A stretch of 64,000 nt of DNA, taken from assembly GCA_977017645.1 (NCBI GenBank), contig OZ360227.1, positions 99,758,001 through 99,822,000 of the forward strand. The letters run 5' to 3'. The notes below the pieces were generated by a model. That model ran no database searches, was not told where the DNA came from, and worked only from the letters and a program-made list of their open reading frames with translations. This document shows, piece by piece, positions 39,201-52,753 of this stretch. The stretch's first letter is position 1. Each line of letters starts with the position of its first letter. The DNA is from Torpedo marmorata (Eukaryota). Position numbers and translations under genes: made by a program.

Positions 39201-40030
39201 GGGCTGAAACATGGCAGATGGAGTTTAATACTGATAAATGTGAGGTGCTACATTTTGGTAGGATTAATCAGCAATGGTCATACATGTTAAATGGAAGACG
39301 ATTGAGAAGTGCAGTAGAACAGAGGGATTTAGGAATTCAGGTACATAATTCCCTGAAAGTTGAGTCACACATAGATAGGGTGGTGAAGAAAGCATTTGGT
39401 ATGTTGGCCTTCATAAATCAGAGTATTGAATATAGGAGTTGGGATGTCATGTTGAAGTTGTATAAGGCATTGGTGAGGCCAAATTTGGAATATTGTGCGC
39501 AGTTTTGGTCGCCGAATTATAGGAAGGATATAAACAGAATAGAGAGAGTGCAGAGAAGATTTACAAGAATGTTGCCTGGGTTTCTGGGTTTGAGTTACAG
39601 GGAAAGGTTGAACAGGCTGGGACTTTATTCCCTGGAGCATAGAAGGTTGAGGGGTGATTTGATAGAGGTATTTAAAATTATGAAGGGGACAGATAGAGTC
39701 AATGTGGACAGGCTTTTTCCATTGAGAGTGGGGAAGATTCAAACAAGAGGGCATGGATTGAGATTGAAGGGGGAAAAGTTTAGAGGAAACATGAGGGGGA
39801 ATTTCTTCACTCAGAGGGTGGTGGGAGGGTGGAACGAGCTTTCGGCCGAAGTGGTAGATGCAGGTTCAATTTTAATGTTTAAGGAAAGGTTGGATAGGTA
39901 TATGGACGAGAGAGGTGTGGAAGGTTATAGGCTGGGTGCGGGGCAGTGGGACTAGGTGGGAGAATGTGTTCGGCATGGACTAGAAGGGCCGAACTGGCCT
40001 GTTTCTGTGCTGTAATTGTTATATGGTTAT
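36280..40030 (+). mobile_element. CR1 LINE ORF2 (APE-RT), split by a Rex1 fragment
   Basis: AISETWL, SDHNTI, SPGPDRI, SGVPQGSVLSP, KYADDT, RRLRGDLIEVFKIMKG; (gttatatg) tail; premature stops. Confidence 0.92.
38264..39160 (+). mobile_element. 5'-truncated Rex1 family A copy
   Basis: Near-identical to 8075-8948; (ttctga)5 tail; the CR1 frame DSEER|YLSLQGD resumes after it. Confidence 0.93.
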
Positions 40031-40479
40031 TATAACAAATTGGATGCAGAACAGTCAGGGCTGTAGTAAATGGGGTGAGACATTTGTGATTAGAAGTTCA
40101 GAAAGTTGAACAGAAAAAACAAAGTGATCGTGAGGATAAAAAAATGGGTAATGATACCCAGACTCTGACAAGTAGGGATGGAGCAAATATCAATGGATAC
40201 CTTGAATTAAAGTTAGAGCAGCACAAATGGCAAGAAGTCAAAATTCAAAACTCCTTATCTGAATACACATTAGGTTCACAACAAGATAGATGAAATAATG
40301 GCACAAATAGAAATAGAAGTAAATGGGGTAGGATCTATTATAGAGATATGATTGCAATGTGACCAAGGTTCCATGATACTTAACGTTCAAAAAAAACTGG
40401 GCAAAATGGAAGAAATGACGAGATAGCCCTGAAGTTCAGGTGGAGCTAAGATGCAGCAAGGGGCAAAAAATATTGATGA

Positions 40480-42535
40480 CATAAGAAATAGGAGCAGGAG
40501 TAGGCAATCTGGTCCATCAAGCCTGCTCTGTCATTTAATAAGATCATGGCTGATCTGGCCATGGACTCATCTCCACCTCCCTGCCTTTTCCCCATAATTC
40601 TCATTTCTCCTTCAGGCAAAAATCTATCGAACTATGTCTTAAATAAGTTTAACAAGGTGGCCTCCACTCTTCCCTGGACACAGAATTCCACAGATTCACC
40701 ACTCTCTGGGAAAAGCAGTTCCTCCTCATCTCTGTTCTGTCTACTCCCCTAAATCTTGAGGCTATGTCCTCTAGATCTCATGCCAACTACCAGTGGAAAT
40801 AACTTTCCTGCCTCTATCTTATATAATCCCTTTCATTATTTTATATGTTTCTGTAAGATCCTCTCTCATTCTTCTGAATTCCAGCGACTAAAGTGCCAGA
40901 TAACTCGATCTCTCCTCATAGGCTAACCCCCTCATCTCTAGAATCAACCTGATGATCCTCCTCTGCACCACTTCCAAAGCCAGAATATCCTTTCTCAAGT
41001 AAGGAGTCCAGAACAGCATACAGTAATCCAGGTGTGGCCTCACCAGTACCCTGTACAGTTGCAGCAGAACCTCCCTGCTGTTAAATTCAATCTCTCGAGC
41101 AATGAAGCCCAACATTCCATTTGCCTCTTGAATACCTGTTGCACTTGCAAACCAACCTTGTGCAATTCATGCATAAGCATTCCCAAGTCCCTCTGCACAA
41201 CAGTATGTTACGAACTTTTACCATTGAAATAATAATCTGGTCTACTATTTTTCCTTTCAAATTAGACGACCTCACATTTACTCCATCTGCCAGACCCTTG
41301 CCCACTCACTTAACCTATCTATATTTTATTTCTCTTTGCATACTCTCTTCACAACGTTGTTTTCCACAATTTAGTGTCACCAGCAAACTTTGATACACTA
41401 CAATCAACTCCCTCTTCGAAATTGTTACTGCATATCATGAACAGCTGTGGGCCTAGCACCAAGCCTTATGACACACTGCTCCCCACTGATTGCCACCCTG
41501 AGAAATATCCATTTATCCCATTCTCTTCCTTCTATTGGTTAACCAGTTCTTTTTCCATGCTAATGCATTTCCCCAACTATGCATTCTTATGAACAAGTCT
41601 TTTATGCGGCACCTTATTGAACGCCTTCTGGAAATCAAAGTACACAATACGCATCTGTTCCCCTGTATCCATGCACTCATTATATTCTCAAAGAACTCCA
41701 GTAAGTTTGTCAAACAGGACCTTCACTTCCTGAATCCATGCTGTGTCTGCCTGATGAAACATTTTTGATCCTGATGTTTTGCTATTTCTTCCTTAATGTT
41801 AGCTTCGAGCATTTTCCTGACTAACTGGCCTATAGTTACTTTCCTTTTGCCTACATCCTTTTTTAAACAGTGGCATGATATTTTCTATCTTCCAATTTGC
41901 CGGGACCTGCCCAGGTCCAGAGAGATTTGGTAAATTATCACATCTGCCATTTCTTTCAGTACTCTGGGATGCATTCCATCAGGACCAGGGAAGTTGTCTG
42001 CCTTTAGACCCACTATAATGATAGTAATTGTATTGAGGTCCTCACCCTGAATTGCATCCTTAATATTGCTGATTGGCATGTTTAGACGTCTTCTACTGTG
42101 AAGACTGGCACAAAATAGTAATTCAAGGCCTTGGTCATTTCTACATTAGCCAATATTAATTTTCTCTTCTCAACTTCCAAGAGACCTGCACTCACTTTAG
42201 CCACCCTTTTCAGATTTATAAATAATAAAAATGTTACCATCTATTTTTATATTTTGTGCAAGTTTCCTTTCATAATCTATCTTTCGTTTCTTTATTGCTT
42301 GCTCAGTGTTTTTTGTTGCTTTTAAAGTTTTCCCACTCTTCCAGTTTCCCACTTCTTCTGGCGACTTTGCATGAGTTTTTAATTTGATGCCTTCCTTTAT
42401 TTCCTTTGTAATCCAAGACTGTCTCTCCCTGACCTTACCATCCTTGCGTTTAACTGGAATATACTTTAGTTGAGCACTGTGAAAAATCTCTTTGAAAGTT
42501 TTCCACTGTTCCGCAACTATCTCACCATATAATCC
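40480..42535 (-). mobile_element. Degenerate CR1 LINE ORF2
   Basis: TNLLEFFENI, PGPDGMHPRVLKEMA, LVRPHLDYC; related to 29661-33208. Confidence 0.85.
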
Positions 42536-42704
42536 CAAATGATAACATTCATGTAGGGCATAGTAGGAATCCGGAAAATGGAGGTTAATAGCATGGATAT
42601 GGTCGGCAGTCAGAATTTTTATCCAAGTTTAAAAATGTCACACACTGGAGGGAATGTATTTAAGGTGAAGTGGAGAGGGTAGGGGTGGGTGGGAGGGGAG
42701 TTTA

Positions 42705-43197
42705 GTCAAGTCAAGTCAAGTTTATTGTCATCTGATTGTACAAGTACAACCTGACAAAACAGCGTTTTCCTGTCCTCGGTGCAAAACATGCAGACACATG
42801 ACCAGACATAACACACATACAGACAAACAATACATTTCCAGGACAAGTATTTCATCTATACAAATAAATAAATATTGTTTTGTACATATGAAAGTCTCGG
42901 ATGGTTAGTGTAAGCAGTTCTTTTGGTCGAACAGCATTCTCATTGCCCGTGGGAAGAAGCTGTTCCTCAGTCTGGTGGTGCTGGCTCTGATACTCCTGTA
43001 TCTCTTCCCTGAGGGGAGCAGCTGAAAGATGCTGTGTGCAAGGTGGAAGGGGTCCTCAATGGTTTTTCGCGCCCTGTTTGGACAACGATACCGGTAGATC
43101 ACGTCGATGGGGGGAGGGAGACTCCAGTGATCTTCTCTGCCATTCTTATTGTCCTGTGGATTGACTTCCGATCCATTTCTCTGCAGCAACCGTACCT
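42705..43197 (-). mobile_element. 5'-truncated Rex1-type LINE with (gactt)n tail
   Basis: EDPFHLAHSIFQLLPSGKRYRSIRASTTRLRNSFFPRA; inserted in an old + strand CR1 3' end (42560-42700, 43198-43264). Confidence 0.85.
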
Positions 43198-43264
43198 TGA
43201 GGCAAGGTTTTACACAAGAGAGTGTGGAAGGTGTCTGGAACAGGCTGCTAGGGGTAGTGATGCG

Positions 43265-44079
43265 TAATGGCGGTGCAGCCGGAGCCGCTGTAGCGGTAGC
43301 GCTGCCACTGGTGCGGACCCGCGGGGAGCGAGGGAGCAGAGATACAGCGCTCCCGCGGGGTCCAGCCGCCCAGTCGACTGTCATCGGTTCCGCACGGGCT
43401 TTGAACGGCCCATTGAGGGAGCCGATGGTGGTTTTATTTAAGATCCCGCGACCACGGGGTCTGCACCCAAGATGGCAGCGCCTTTTAACTGGCAGCAGCC
43501 ACGAAGGGCTGCAGATTCTGGGGAAGCGGAGGACTGGAGCAGGGCACCAGAGGACGGGAAGATCACCCCCCCCCGTCTGAGAAGGAGAAGCGGAGGAGAT
43601 GACCCACGGGACGGTGACCACGGCGGTGGACCAGTGAGGGGCTCTGAGGCTGAAGGACCAGTGCATGAGGTGGGCTGCTAGCGACTCGAGGCGAGGAACC
43701 CGCGGAGGCTGCGGACTGCTGGAGGCTGGCTCGAACTGGCTGGAGGAGTACCAGGTATCGGAACCGGGATGCGAGGGGGTGCCGAGGGCGACCTGACCGT
43801 GTTGGAGGTTCGGATCTGGAGCTCGGGTGGCCGATGGTTTGGACCAGACTCTGTGTGGCTGTGGAGGCTACGGAAGCACTGGAGGCGAATCTATGGACAC
43901 TCGATGACTCTGGGGGGACTCTCTTTTGCTTCTCTTTCTCTGACTGTAAGGAATGTTAGAGGCGCTTAGGCAATTTCTGCCGGTGGCGAATCTGTCTGCC
44001 TTGTAGCAGGCAAAAAGAAATTTCATAGAATATGACACTGTCTTATTACTATGACAATAAATTGAATCTTGAATCTTGA
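43265..44079 (+). mobile_element. Non-autonomous GC-rich retroposon, copy 2 (longest uninterrupted)
   Basis: Starts taatggcgg; hairpin head; caagatggcagc at 43468-43479; gacaataaa(ttgaatc)n tail. Confidence 0.87.
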
Positions 44080-44113
44080 TACACAGGTGCTTGCTTTAAA
44101 TTCTCTTGATGTA

Positions 44114-44456
44114 CAGTACCCTCCATAATGTTCGGGACAAAGACACTTTTTTCCCTTATTTGCCTCTGTGCTCCACAGTTTTAAATTTGTAATCAAACAA
44201 TTCACATGTGATTAAAGTGCACATTCCAGATTTTATTCAAGGTTATTTGGATACATTTTTGTTTAACCATGTTGAAATTACAGAATTTTTTATACATAGT
44301 TCCCCCATTTCAGGGCACCATCATGTTTGGGACATTTGGATTCACGGGTATTTTGGATTACTCAGGTATGTTTAATTGCTTCATTGGTGCAAGTATAAGA
44401 GAGCTAGGCTTGCTTCTAAGCTTTTGATCACCTTTGGAATCTAGTTGCCATTTTTC
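44114..44456 (+). mobile_element. Left end of IR/DR-type Tc1 transposon
   Basis: TA + CAGTACCCTCCATAATGTTCGGGAC, with inner direct repeat cagggcaccatcatgtttgggac near 44311; continues at 63913. Confidence 0.85.
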
Positions 44457-45049
44457 TTTTTCAATATTTTTATTGACATTGAAATTCCACATCGAAAAAT
44501 ACAGAGTACATAAGAATACATGTTAAAAGTCAAAAAATTCATTACACTTAAATCATACAATTTCATCCAAGGTACTCTGCATTCTCAATCAAACAAATTA
44601 TACTATATTAATATTTTATTTTTAAAATAGAAGATCTAAACCCACTACCAAAAACAAAGCTGTTTGGCAAAAAGAGGAAAAAATAATTCCTTATCAGAGT
44701 AATAAATTACCTTATTAGTCAACACCTCTGCATTCATATCCAATCAAAGACTATGAAAATAATTCAAAAAGGGTCCCCACAGTGTTTGAAAATTTGAATT
44801 CAAATTGGAAATTGAGCATCTAATCTTCTCTAAATTTAAACGTGACATGACGTCTCATAGCCATTGAGCATGATTAGGTGGAGCAACATCCTTCCATCTG
44901 AGCAACACTACCCGCCTAGCCATAAGAGAAATAAAAGCTAATACATGCAAATCAGATGTCGTTAAAGTTATGCCACTCTCTCCAACAATCCCAAACAAGG
45001 CAGTTAAAGGATTAGGTTTAAAATTAACTAAAAAGTACAGAAAAAGTTT

Positions 45050-48000
45050 TTTTTAATTAAATATTTTATTTAAAATTTTTAAATCACAAAATACATAAAA
45101 TAAAATATGAAATTATCAAAATATTTGTGATACATTTTCACCCCACCCTCCCAACACCACTAATCTAATAAAAATAAAAATAGAAAATAAAAATAGAAAA
45201 AGAAGGAAAAAAAGAAAGAAAAAGATAGAGTAAGGAGAATGCCAATCTAAAAAAAAACCATACATCTATAAACTAATTCTATTATGGAGGTCAGGTATGC
45301 CAGTAGATCCGATACCCAGAGATCTTCAAATCCTTAAACCAACAACTTTCATACATGGGCTCCAAATTTTTAAGAAGAAATGATATTTGTTACGTAAATT
45401 ATAAGTAATTTTTTCAAGTGGTATACACGAACGAAGTTCTGCATGCCATCTTTCTAATCCTAAATCTAAATCAGATTTCCAAGTAATAGCAATACATTTC
45501 TTTGAAACAGCTAAAGCAATTCGCAAAAATTCTATTTGATACATGTTTAATTTCACCTTAATACTAAATTTTCTAATATCTCCGAACAAAAATATCATAG
45601 GATCCATTGGAAATGTAATCTTAAATACTTTATCTGAAAATTTTTTAACTTTCAACCAAAAATCATAAACTTTTGGACAAAACCATGTAGAATGTACAAA
45701 AGAACCTTCTTCTTTATTACATCTAAAACATAAACCTGATAATGTCAAATTAAATTTCTTTAGTTTTTTAGGTGTTAAATATAATTGATGAAAAAAATTA
45801 TATTGTACTAATCTATATCTAACATTAATAATCTTCGTCATACTTAATTTACATAATTCTTTCCAGTGATTCTCATCTATTGTTACATTCAAATCTAATT
45901 CCCATTTTAATCTTGATTTATGAATTCCTACTTTAGAAATTTTCCTCTGAAACAATTTATACATTTGAGAAATAAATTTATTGACATCTCCTTTAGTAAC
46001 TAATAATTCTAATTCATTCTGTCTTGGTAAAATCAAAGCATAACCTAATTTCTCAATCAGAAAAGCTCTAATTTGATAATAAGCAAAAAGTGTATTATCT
46101 AATATATTAAATTTATCTTTCATTCTTTGAAAAGTAATAAATTTCCCAGCTTCAAAACAATCATTTATTTTCTAAATTCCTTTTTGAAACCAAATTTTAA
46201 ATAATTGATTATTAATAGTAAATGGAATAAGTCAATTTTGATATAAAGGCATCCTTGAAGAAATCAATCCTTTTCCACCTATTTCCTTATCCGTCTTATT
46301 CCATATTTCTAACAAATGTTTAAGAATAGGAGAATTTTTCTTTCTTGTTGATATTAATTTAGAATCCCATTTATAAATAACTTCTTCTTTGGAATCTTCT
46401 CCTATATTATTTAATTCTATTTTAATCCAAGCAGAAGATTTAGTTGAATCAAAAAATTCATTAGCAAATTTTAATTGAGCTGCTTTATAATAATTTTGGA
46501 AATTAGGAAGTTGTAAACCACCCATTTCATAATTCCAAGTTAGTTTTTCCATACCTACTCTTGCTAACTTTCCTTTCCATAAAATTTTTCTAATAATTGA
46601 ATTTAAAACTTTAAAAAAATTTTGAGGAATTTCATAAGGAATTGATTGAAAAAGATATTGAATTCTTGGAAAAACATTCATTTTAATACAATTTACTCTT
46701 CCCATTAAAGTTATAGGTAAATCTTTCCAATTTTCTAAATCTTTTTTTATTTTCACAAATAATGGTAAATAATTTAATTTATATAAATTAGCCAATTTTG
46801 TGTCAACCCTTATTCCCAAATATTTAATTCCTTCCTTTGCCCATTTAAATTGTGTAATTTCTTTACATCCACTATAATCCCCTTGTGATAATGCCATAAT
46901 TTCACTTTTATCAGTATTAATTTTATATCAGGATATTTCCCCATATTCTCTCAATAACACAGACAATTGTACTAAAGATGTAGTAGATTTTGTCATATAT
47001 ATCAATACATCATCTGCAAACAAACTAATTTTATGTTCTTCCATTCCAACTTTAATACCAACTATTTTAGGATCTTTTCTAACTAATTCTGCCAAAGGTT
47101 CTATCGCCAAAATAAATAATGCTGGTGACAAAGGACATCCTTGTCTAGTAGATCGAGTCAAAGGAAATTTTGAAGAAATTTGTCCATTTGTAACTACTTT
47201 AGCAGATGGTTCTTTATATATAGTTTTAATCCAATTCATAAATGTATTTCCAAAACCAAATTTCTCCAATACCTTAAATAAAAAATTCCACTCTAATCTA
47301 TCAAAAGCCTTTTCGGCATCTAAAGTTAAAACTAATGGTAAATCTTCCTTCTTTTTATGTAGATTAATTAAATTAATTAATCTAGCTATATTATCTTTTG
47401 AATATCTATTTTTAATAAAACCAGCTTGATCTACATGAATTAAATCTGGTAAATAATTAGCCATTCTATTTGCTAACATTTTTGCCATTATTTTATAATC
47501 TACATTTAATAATGAAATAGGTCTATATGATTCAGTTTTCAATACATCTCTATCTTTTTTTGGTATAACTATAATTATTGCATTTAAGAAAGTATCTGGT
47601 AATGAGTGGGTTTCCGTAATTTGATTCAATACATCCATATATGGAGGTATTAATAAATCTTTAAACTCTTTGTAAAATTCTGATGGAAATCCATCTTCAC
47701 CTGGAGATTTACCACTCTTTAAAGAAGTAAGAACTTCATTAACTTCCCTCATTGAGAAAGGTAAATCTAAAGATTCTCTACTTCGAGTATTTAATTTAGG
47801 TAATATAATTTTAGATAAAAATCTAGTAATTTTAGAATCATCTTGATCAATCTGAGATTTATATAAATTCAAATAATAATCTTTAAAAGAATCATTTATT
47901 TCTCGAGGTTTATAAGTTATTTCTCTAGAGTTCTTTTTCCTTATATCATTTATAGTTCTAGAAGTTTGATCTTTTTTTAATTGCCATGCCAAAACTTTAT

Positions 48001-51000
48001 GAGCTCTTTCCCCTAACTCAGAGTATCTTTGTTTAGTTCTTTCAATTAATTTTTCCATTTTATATGTTTGTAATAAATTATAATGTAATTTCTTCCCAAT
48101 TAAATTGTTCCTTTTTTTAAAATATTTTATTTAAAATTTTTTAAATCACAAAATACATAAAATAAAATATAAAATTATCAAAGTGTTTGTGATACATTTT
48201 CACCCCCCTCCCCTCCCCAACCCTCCCAACCCCACTAATCTAATAAAAATAAAAATATAAAATAAAAATAGAAATAGAAAAAGAAGAAGAAAATAGAAAA
48301 AAAAGATAGAGTAAGGAGAATGCCAATCTATAAACTAATTCTATTATGGAGGTCAAGTATGCCAATAGATCCGATATCCAGAGATCTTCAAATCCTTAAA
48401 CCAACAACTTTCATACATGGGCTCCAAATTTTTAAGAAGAAATGATATTTGTTACGTAAATTATAAGTAATTTTTTCAAGTGGTATACACGAGCGAAGTT
48501 CTGTCTGCCATCTTTCTAATCCTAAATCTAAATCAGATTTCCAAGTAATAGCAATACATTTCTTTGAAACAGCTAAAGCAATTCTCAAAAATTCTATTTG
48601 ATACATATTTAATTTCATCTTAATACTAAATTTTCTAATATCTCCAAACAAAAATATCATAGGATCCATTGGAAATGTAATCTTAAATACTTTATCTAAA
48701 AAAATGTTAACTTTCAACCAAAAATCATAAACTTTTGGACAAAACCATGTAGAATGTACAAAAGACCCTTCCTCTTTATTACATCTAAAACATAAACTTA
48801 ATAATGTCGGATTAAATTTCTTTAATTTTTTAGGTGTTAAATATAATTGATGAAAAAAATTGTATTGTACTAATCTATATCTAACATTAATAATCTTCGT
48901 CATACTTAATTTACATAATTCTTTCCAATGATTTTCATCTATTCTTACATTCAAATCTAATTCCCATTTTAATCTTGATTTATGAATTCCTACTTTAGGC
49001 ATTTTCCTCTGAAACAATTTATACATTTGAGAAATAAATTTATTGACATCTCCTTTAGTAACTAATAATTCTAATTCATTCTGTCTTGGTAAAATCAAAG
49101 CATAACCTAATTTCTCAATCAGAAAAGCTCTAATTTGATAATAAGCAAAAAGTGTATTATCTAATATATTAAATTTATCTTTCATTCTTTGAAAAGTAAT
49201 AAATTTCCCAGCTTCAAAACAATCATTAATCTTCTTAATTCCTTTTTGAAACCAAATTTTAAATAATTGTTTATTAGTAGTAAATGGAATAAGTCCATTT
49301 TCATATAAAGGCATCCTTGAAGAAATCAATCCTTTTACTCCTATTTCCTTATTCGTCTTATTCCATATTTCTAACAAATGTTTAAAAATAGGCAAATTTT
49401 TCTTTCTTGTTGATATTAATTTAGAATCCCATTTATAAATAACTTCTTCTTTGGAATCTTCTCCTATATTATTTAATTCTATTTTAATCCAAGCAGAAGA
49501 TTTAGTTGAATAAAAAAAATTCATTAACAAATTTTAGTTGAGCTGCTTTATAATAATTTTGGAAATTAGGAAGTTGTAAACCACCCATTTCATAATTCCA
49601 AGTTAGTTTTTCCATACCTACTCTTGCTAACTTTCCTTTCCATAAAAATTTTCTAATAATTGAATTTAAATCTTTAAAAAAATTTTGAGTAATTTCATAA
49701 GGAATTGATTGAAAAAGATATTGAATTCTTGGAAAAACATTCATTTTAATACAATTTACTCTTCCCATTAAAGTTATAGGTAAATCTTTCCAATTTTCTA
49801 AATCTTTTTTTATTTTCACAAATAATGGTAAATAATTTAATTTATATAAATTAGCCAATTTTGTGTCAACCCTTATTCCCAAATATTTAATTCCTTCCTT
49901 TGCCCATTTAAATTGTGTAATTTCTTTACATCTACTATAATTCCTTTGTGATAATGCCATAATTTCACTTTTATCAGAATTAATTTTATATCCAGATATT
50001 TCCCCATATTCTCTCAATAACACAAACAATTGTACTAAGGATGTAGTAGATTTTGTCATATATATCAATACATCATCTGAATACTCAAAGTAGAGAATCT
50101 TTAGATTTACCTTTCTCAATGAGGGAAGTTAATGAAATTCTTACTTCTCTAAAGAGTGGTAAATCTCCAGGTGAAGATGGATTTCCATCAGAATTTTACA
50201 AAGAGTTTAAAGATTTATTGATACCTTTATATATGGATGTATTGAATCAAATTACGGAAACTCACTCATTACCAGATACTTTCTTAAATGCAATAATTAC
50301 AGTTATACCAAAGAAAGATAGAGATGTATTGAAAACTGAATCATATAGACCTATTTCATTATTAAATGTAGATTATAAGATAATGGAAAAATTTTTAGCA
50401 AATAGAATGGCTAATTATTTACCAGATTTAATTCATGTAGATCAAGCTGGTTTTATTAAAAATAGATATTCAAAAGATAATATAGCTAGATTGATTAGTT
50501 TAATTAATTTACATAAAAAGAAGGAAGATTTACCATTAGTTTTAACTTTAGACGCCGAAAAGGCTTTTGATAGATTAGAGTGGAATTTTTTATTTAAGGT
50601 ATTGGAGAAATTTGGTTTTGGAAATACATTTATTAATTGGATTAAAACTATATATAAAGAACCATCTGCTAAAGTAGTTACAAATGGATAAATATCTTCA
50701 AAATTTCCTTTGACTCGATCTACTAGACAAGGATGTCCTTTGTCACCAGCATTATTTATTTTGGCGATATAACCTTTGGAAGAATTAGTTAGAAAAGATC
50801 CTAAAATAGTTGGTATTAAAGTTGGAATGGAAGAACATAAAATTGTTCCTTTTTTGAACTGATCTGTTTTTTTGTAAATCTTTTTCCAAACACTCAATCT
50901 CCTTCTCTAAATTTTGTACTTTCCTAAGATAATCTTTCTTAATTTTTGCTGAATAACTTGTTATTTGACCTCTTAAATATGCTTTTAAAGCTTCCCAAAT

Positions 51001-51035
51001 AATAAATTTATTATCAGTAGAATTAGAATTTATTT
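45050..51035 (-). mobile_element. L1 family B copy 1 (5'-truncated)
   Basis: 16-bp TSD agtacagaaaaagttt (45034-45049 / 51036-51051); RT ISLFADDVL; CCHC-like CFRC...HSTWFC; resumes at 50856 after copy 2. Confidence 0.92.
48118..50839 (-). mobile_element. L1 family B copy 2 with 5' inversion (50080-50843 on + strand)
   Basis: 16-bp TSD aaattgttcctttttt (48102-48117 / 50840-50855); near-identical to copy 1. Confidence 0.92.
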
Positions 51036-52753
51036 AGTACAGAAAAAGTTTGAAATACTTCGTTCCAGTATTTCTCAAGACTCTGGCATGTCCAAAACAT
51101 ATGAATTAATGAAGCATCTCCATTGTTGCATCTATCACAACGAGGAGATACATCCACATTAAAAATGAGATAGGGCTCACATGTCCAAAGTCAAACTATG
51201 AACTACTTCAAATTGTAGGAGGGAGTGGCGGGCACATAAAAATGAGGTATTAACCAACTTGAAAATTACATTCCAATTTTCTTCAGAGGTTAAAAGCTGT
51301 AGGTCCTGTTCCCAGGCTTTTTTAATCTTATCTAAAGGAGCCTCTCTTATTCCCAACAACGTGCCATAAATGTTAGATATTGAACCATTATAAAAAGGTT
51401 GTAAATTAAAAATTACATCTATTAAATTTTCTTCAGTACTCTTAGGAGATGTATGTAATTGAGATCGCAAAAAATCTCTGATCTGTAAATAACGAAAAAA
51501 ATGAGTATTTGGTAATCTATATTTAAACGACAGTTGTTGAAAAGAAGCAAGACTTCCTTCAATAAATAAATCTTTAAAACATTTAATGCCTAATCTATAT
51601 CATTCTTTAAAAGTTACGTCAATCATGGAAGGTTTAAAGAAATAATTAGAAAAAAAGGACTAGAAAGAGAAAATCTTAGTAAACCAAAATGTTTTCTAAA
51701 TTGTATCCAGATCCTCAATGTTTAACCATCGGGTTATCAGTTAATTTATTTAAAGATATAGGAAGTGAGGATCTGAGAAGGGAAATAATAGAAAATTTTG
51801 TAACAGAATTAGATTCCATAGAGACCCATATTGGACAGTCTTCATAGTTAATATAATATGACCAAAACGTGAGAATTCGTATATTGACTGCCCAATAATA
51901 GAACCTAAAGTTTGGTAAGGCTAAACCTCTATTCTTTTTAAGATTTTGTAGATGGACTTTGTTTAGGCAAAGATGTTTATTCTTCCATATATAAGATAAG
52001 ATTGAGTCAAGGGAATCAAAAAAAGACAGGAATAAAAAAAGGCAAAGCCTGAAAAAAGGTATATAAATTTAGGCAATATATTCATTTTAATAGCGTTGAT
52101 TCAACCAACCAATGATAAAGAAAGGGGCAACTAATTTGATAATGCCCCTCTCATGTGTTTTATTAAAGTTAGAAAATTTTCTTTGAATAAGTTTTTATAG
52201 TTTTTAGTAATTGTTACACCCACATAGGTAAATTGATTTCTTACAATTTTAAAAGGAAGGTTAGTATTTATCGGTGCCAAATTATTCAAAGGAAAAAGTT
52301 CACTCTTATGTAGATTTAACTTATAACCTGAAAATTGACTAAAATGAGAAATTAAAGACAGCATTGAAGGCAATGAAGTCTCAAGATTAGAAATAAAGAT
52401 AATCAGCATAAAGCGAAACTTTGTGGCTGTGCCCTTCCTTAAAATGCCAGTAATATCATTAGATTCTCGAAAAGCGATAGCTAAGGGTTCTAAAGCCAGG
52501 TCAAAAAACAATGGACTTGAAGGGCATCCTTGTCTGGTTCCACGCTGAAGTTTAAATGGTTTAGAATTCTGAAAATTAGTAAGAACACAAGCAGAAGGTG
52601 ATAGATGTAGTAACTTAATCCATTGAATAAAGTCAGCCCCAAAATTAAATTTTTCTGAAGTCTTAAATAAATAATTCCATTCTACCCGATCAAAATCCTT
52701 CTCCGCATCCAGAGATATCACACTTTCCGAAACCTCCTTAGAAGGGGAATATA

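Noticed and set aside
42905-43666. 253-aa minus-strand ORF
   Set aside because: Spans three unrelated insertions (retroposon head, CR1, Rex1).
45050-50079. Tandem segmental duplication or assembly artefact
   Set aside because: Copies differ at scattered sites and the second has its own TSD and inversion, which fits an independent insertion.
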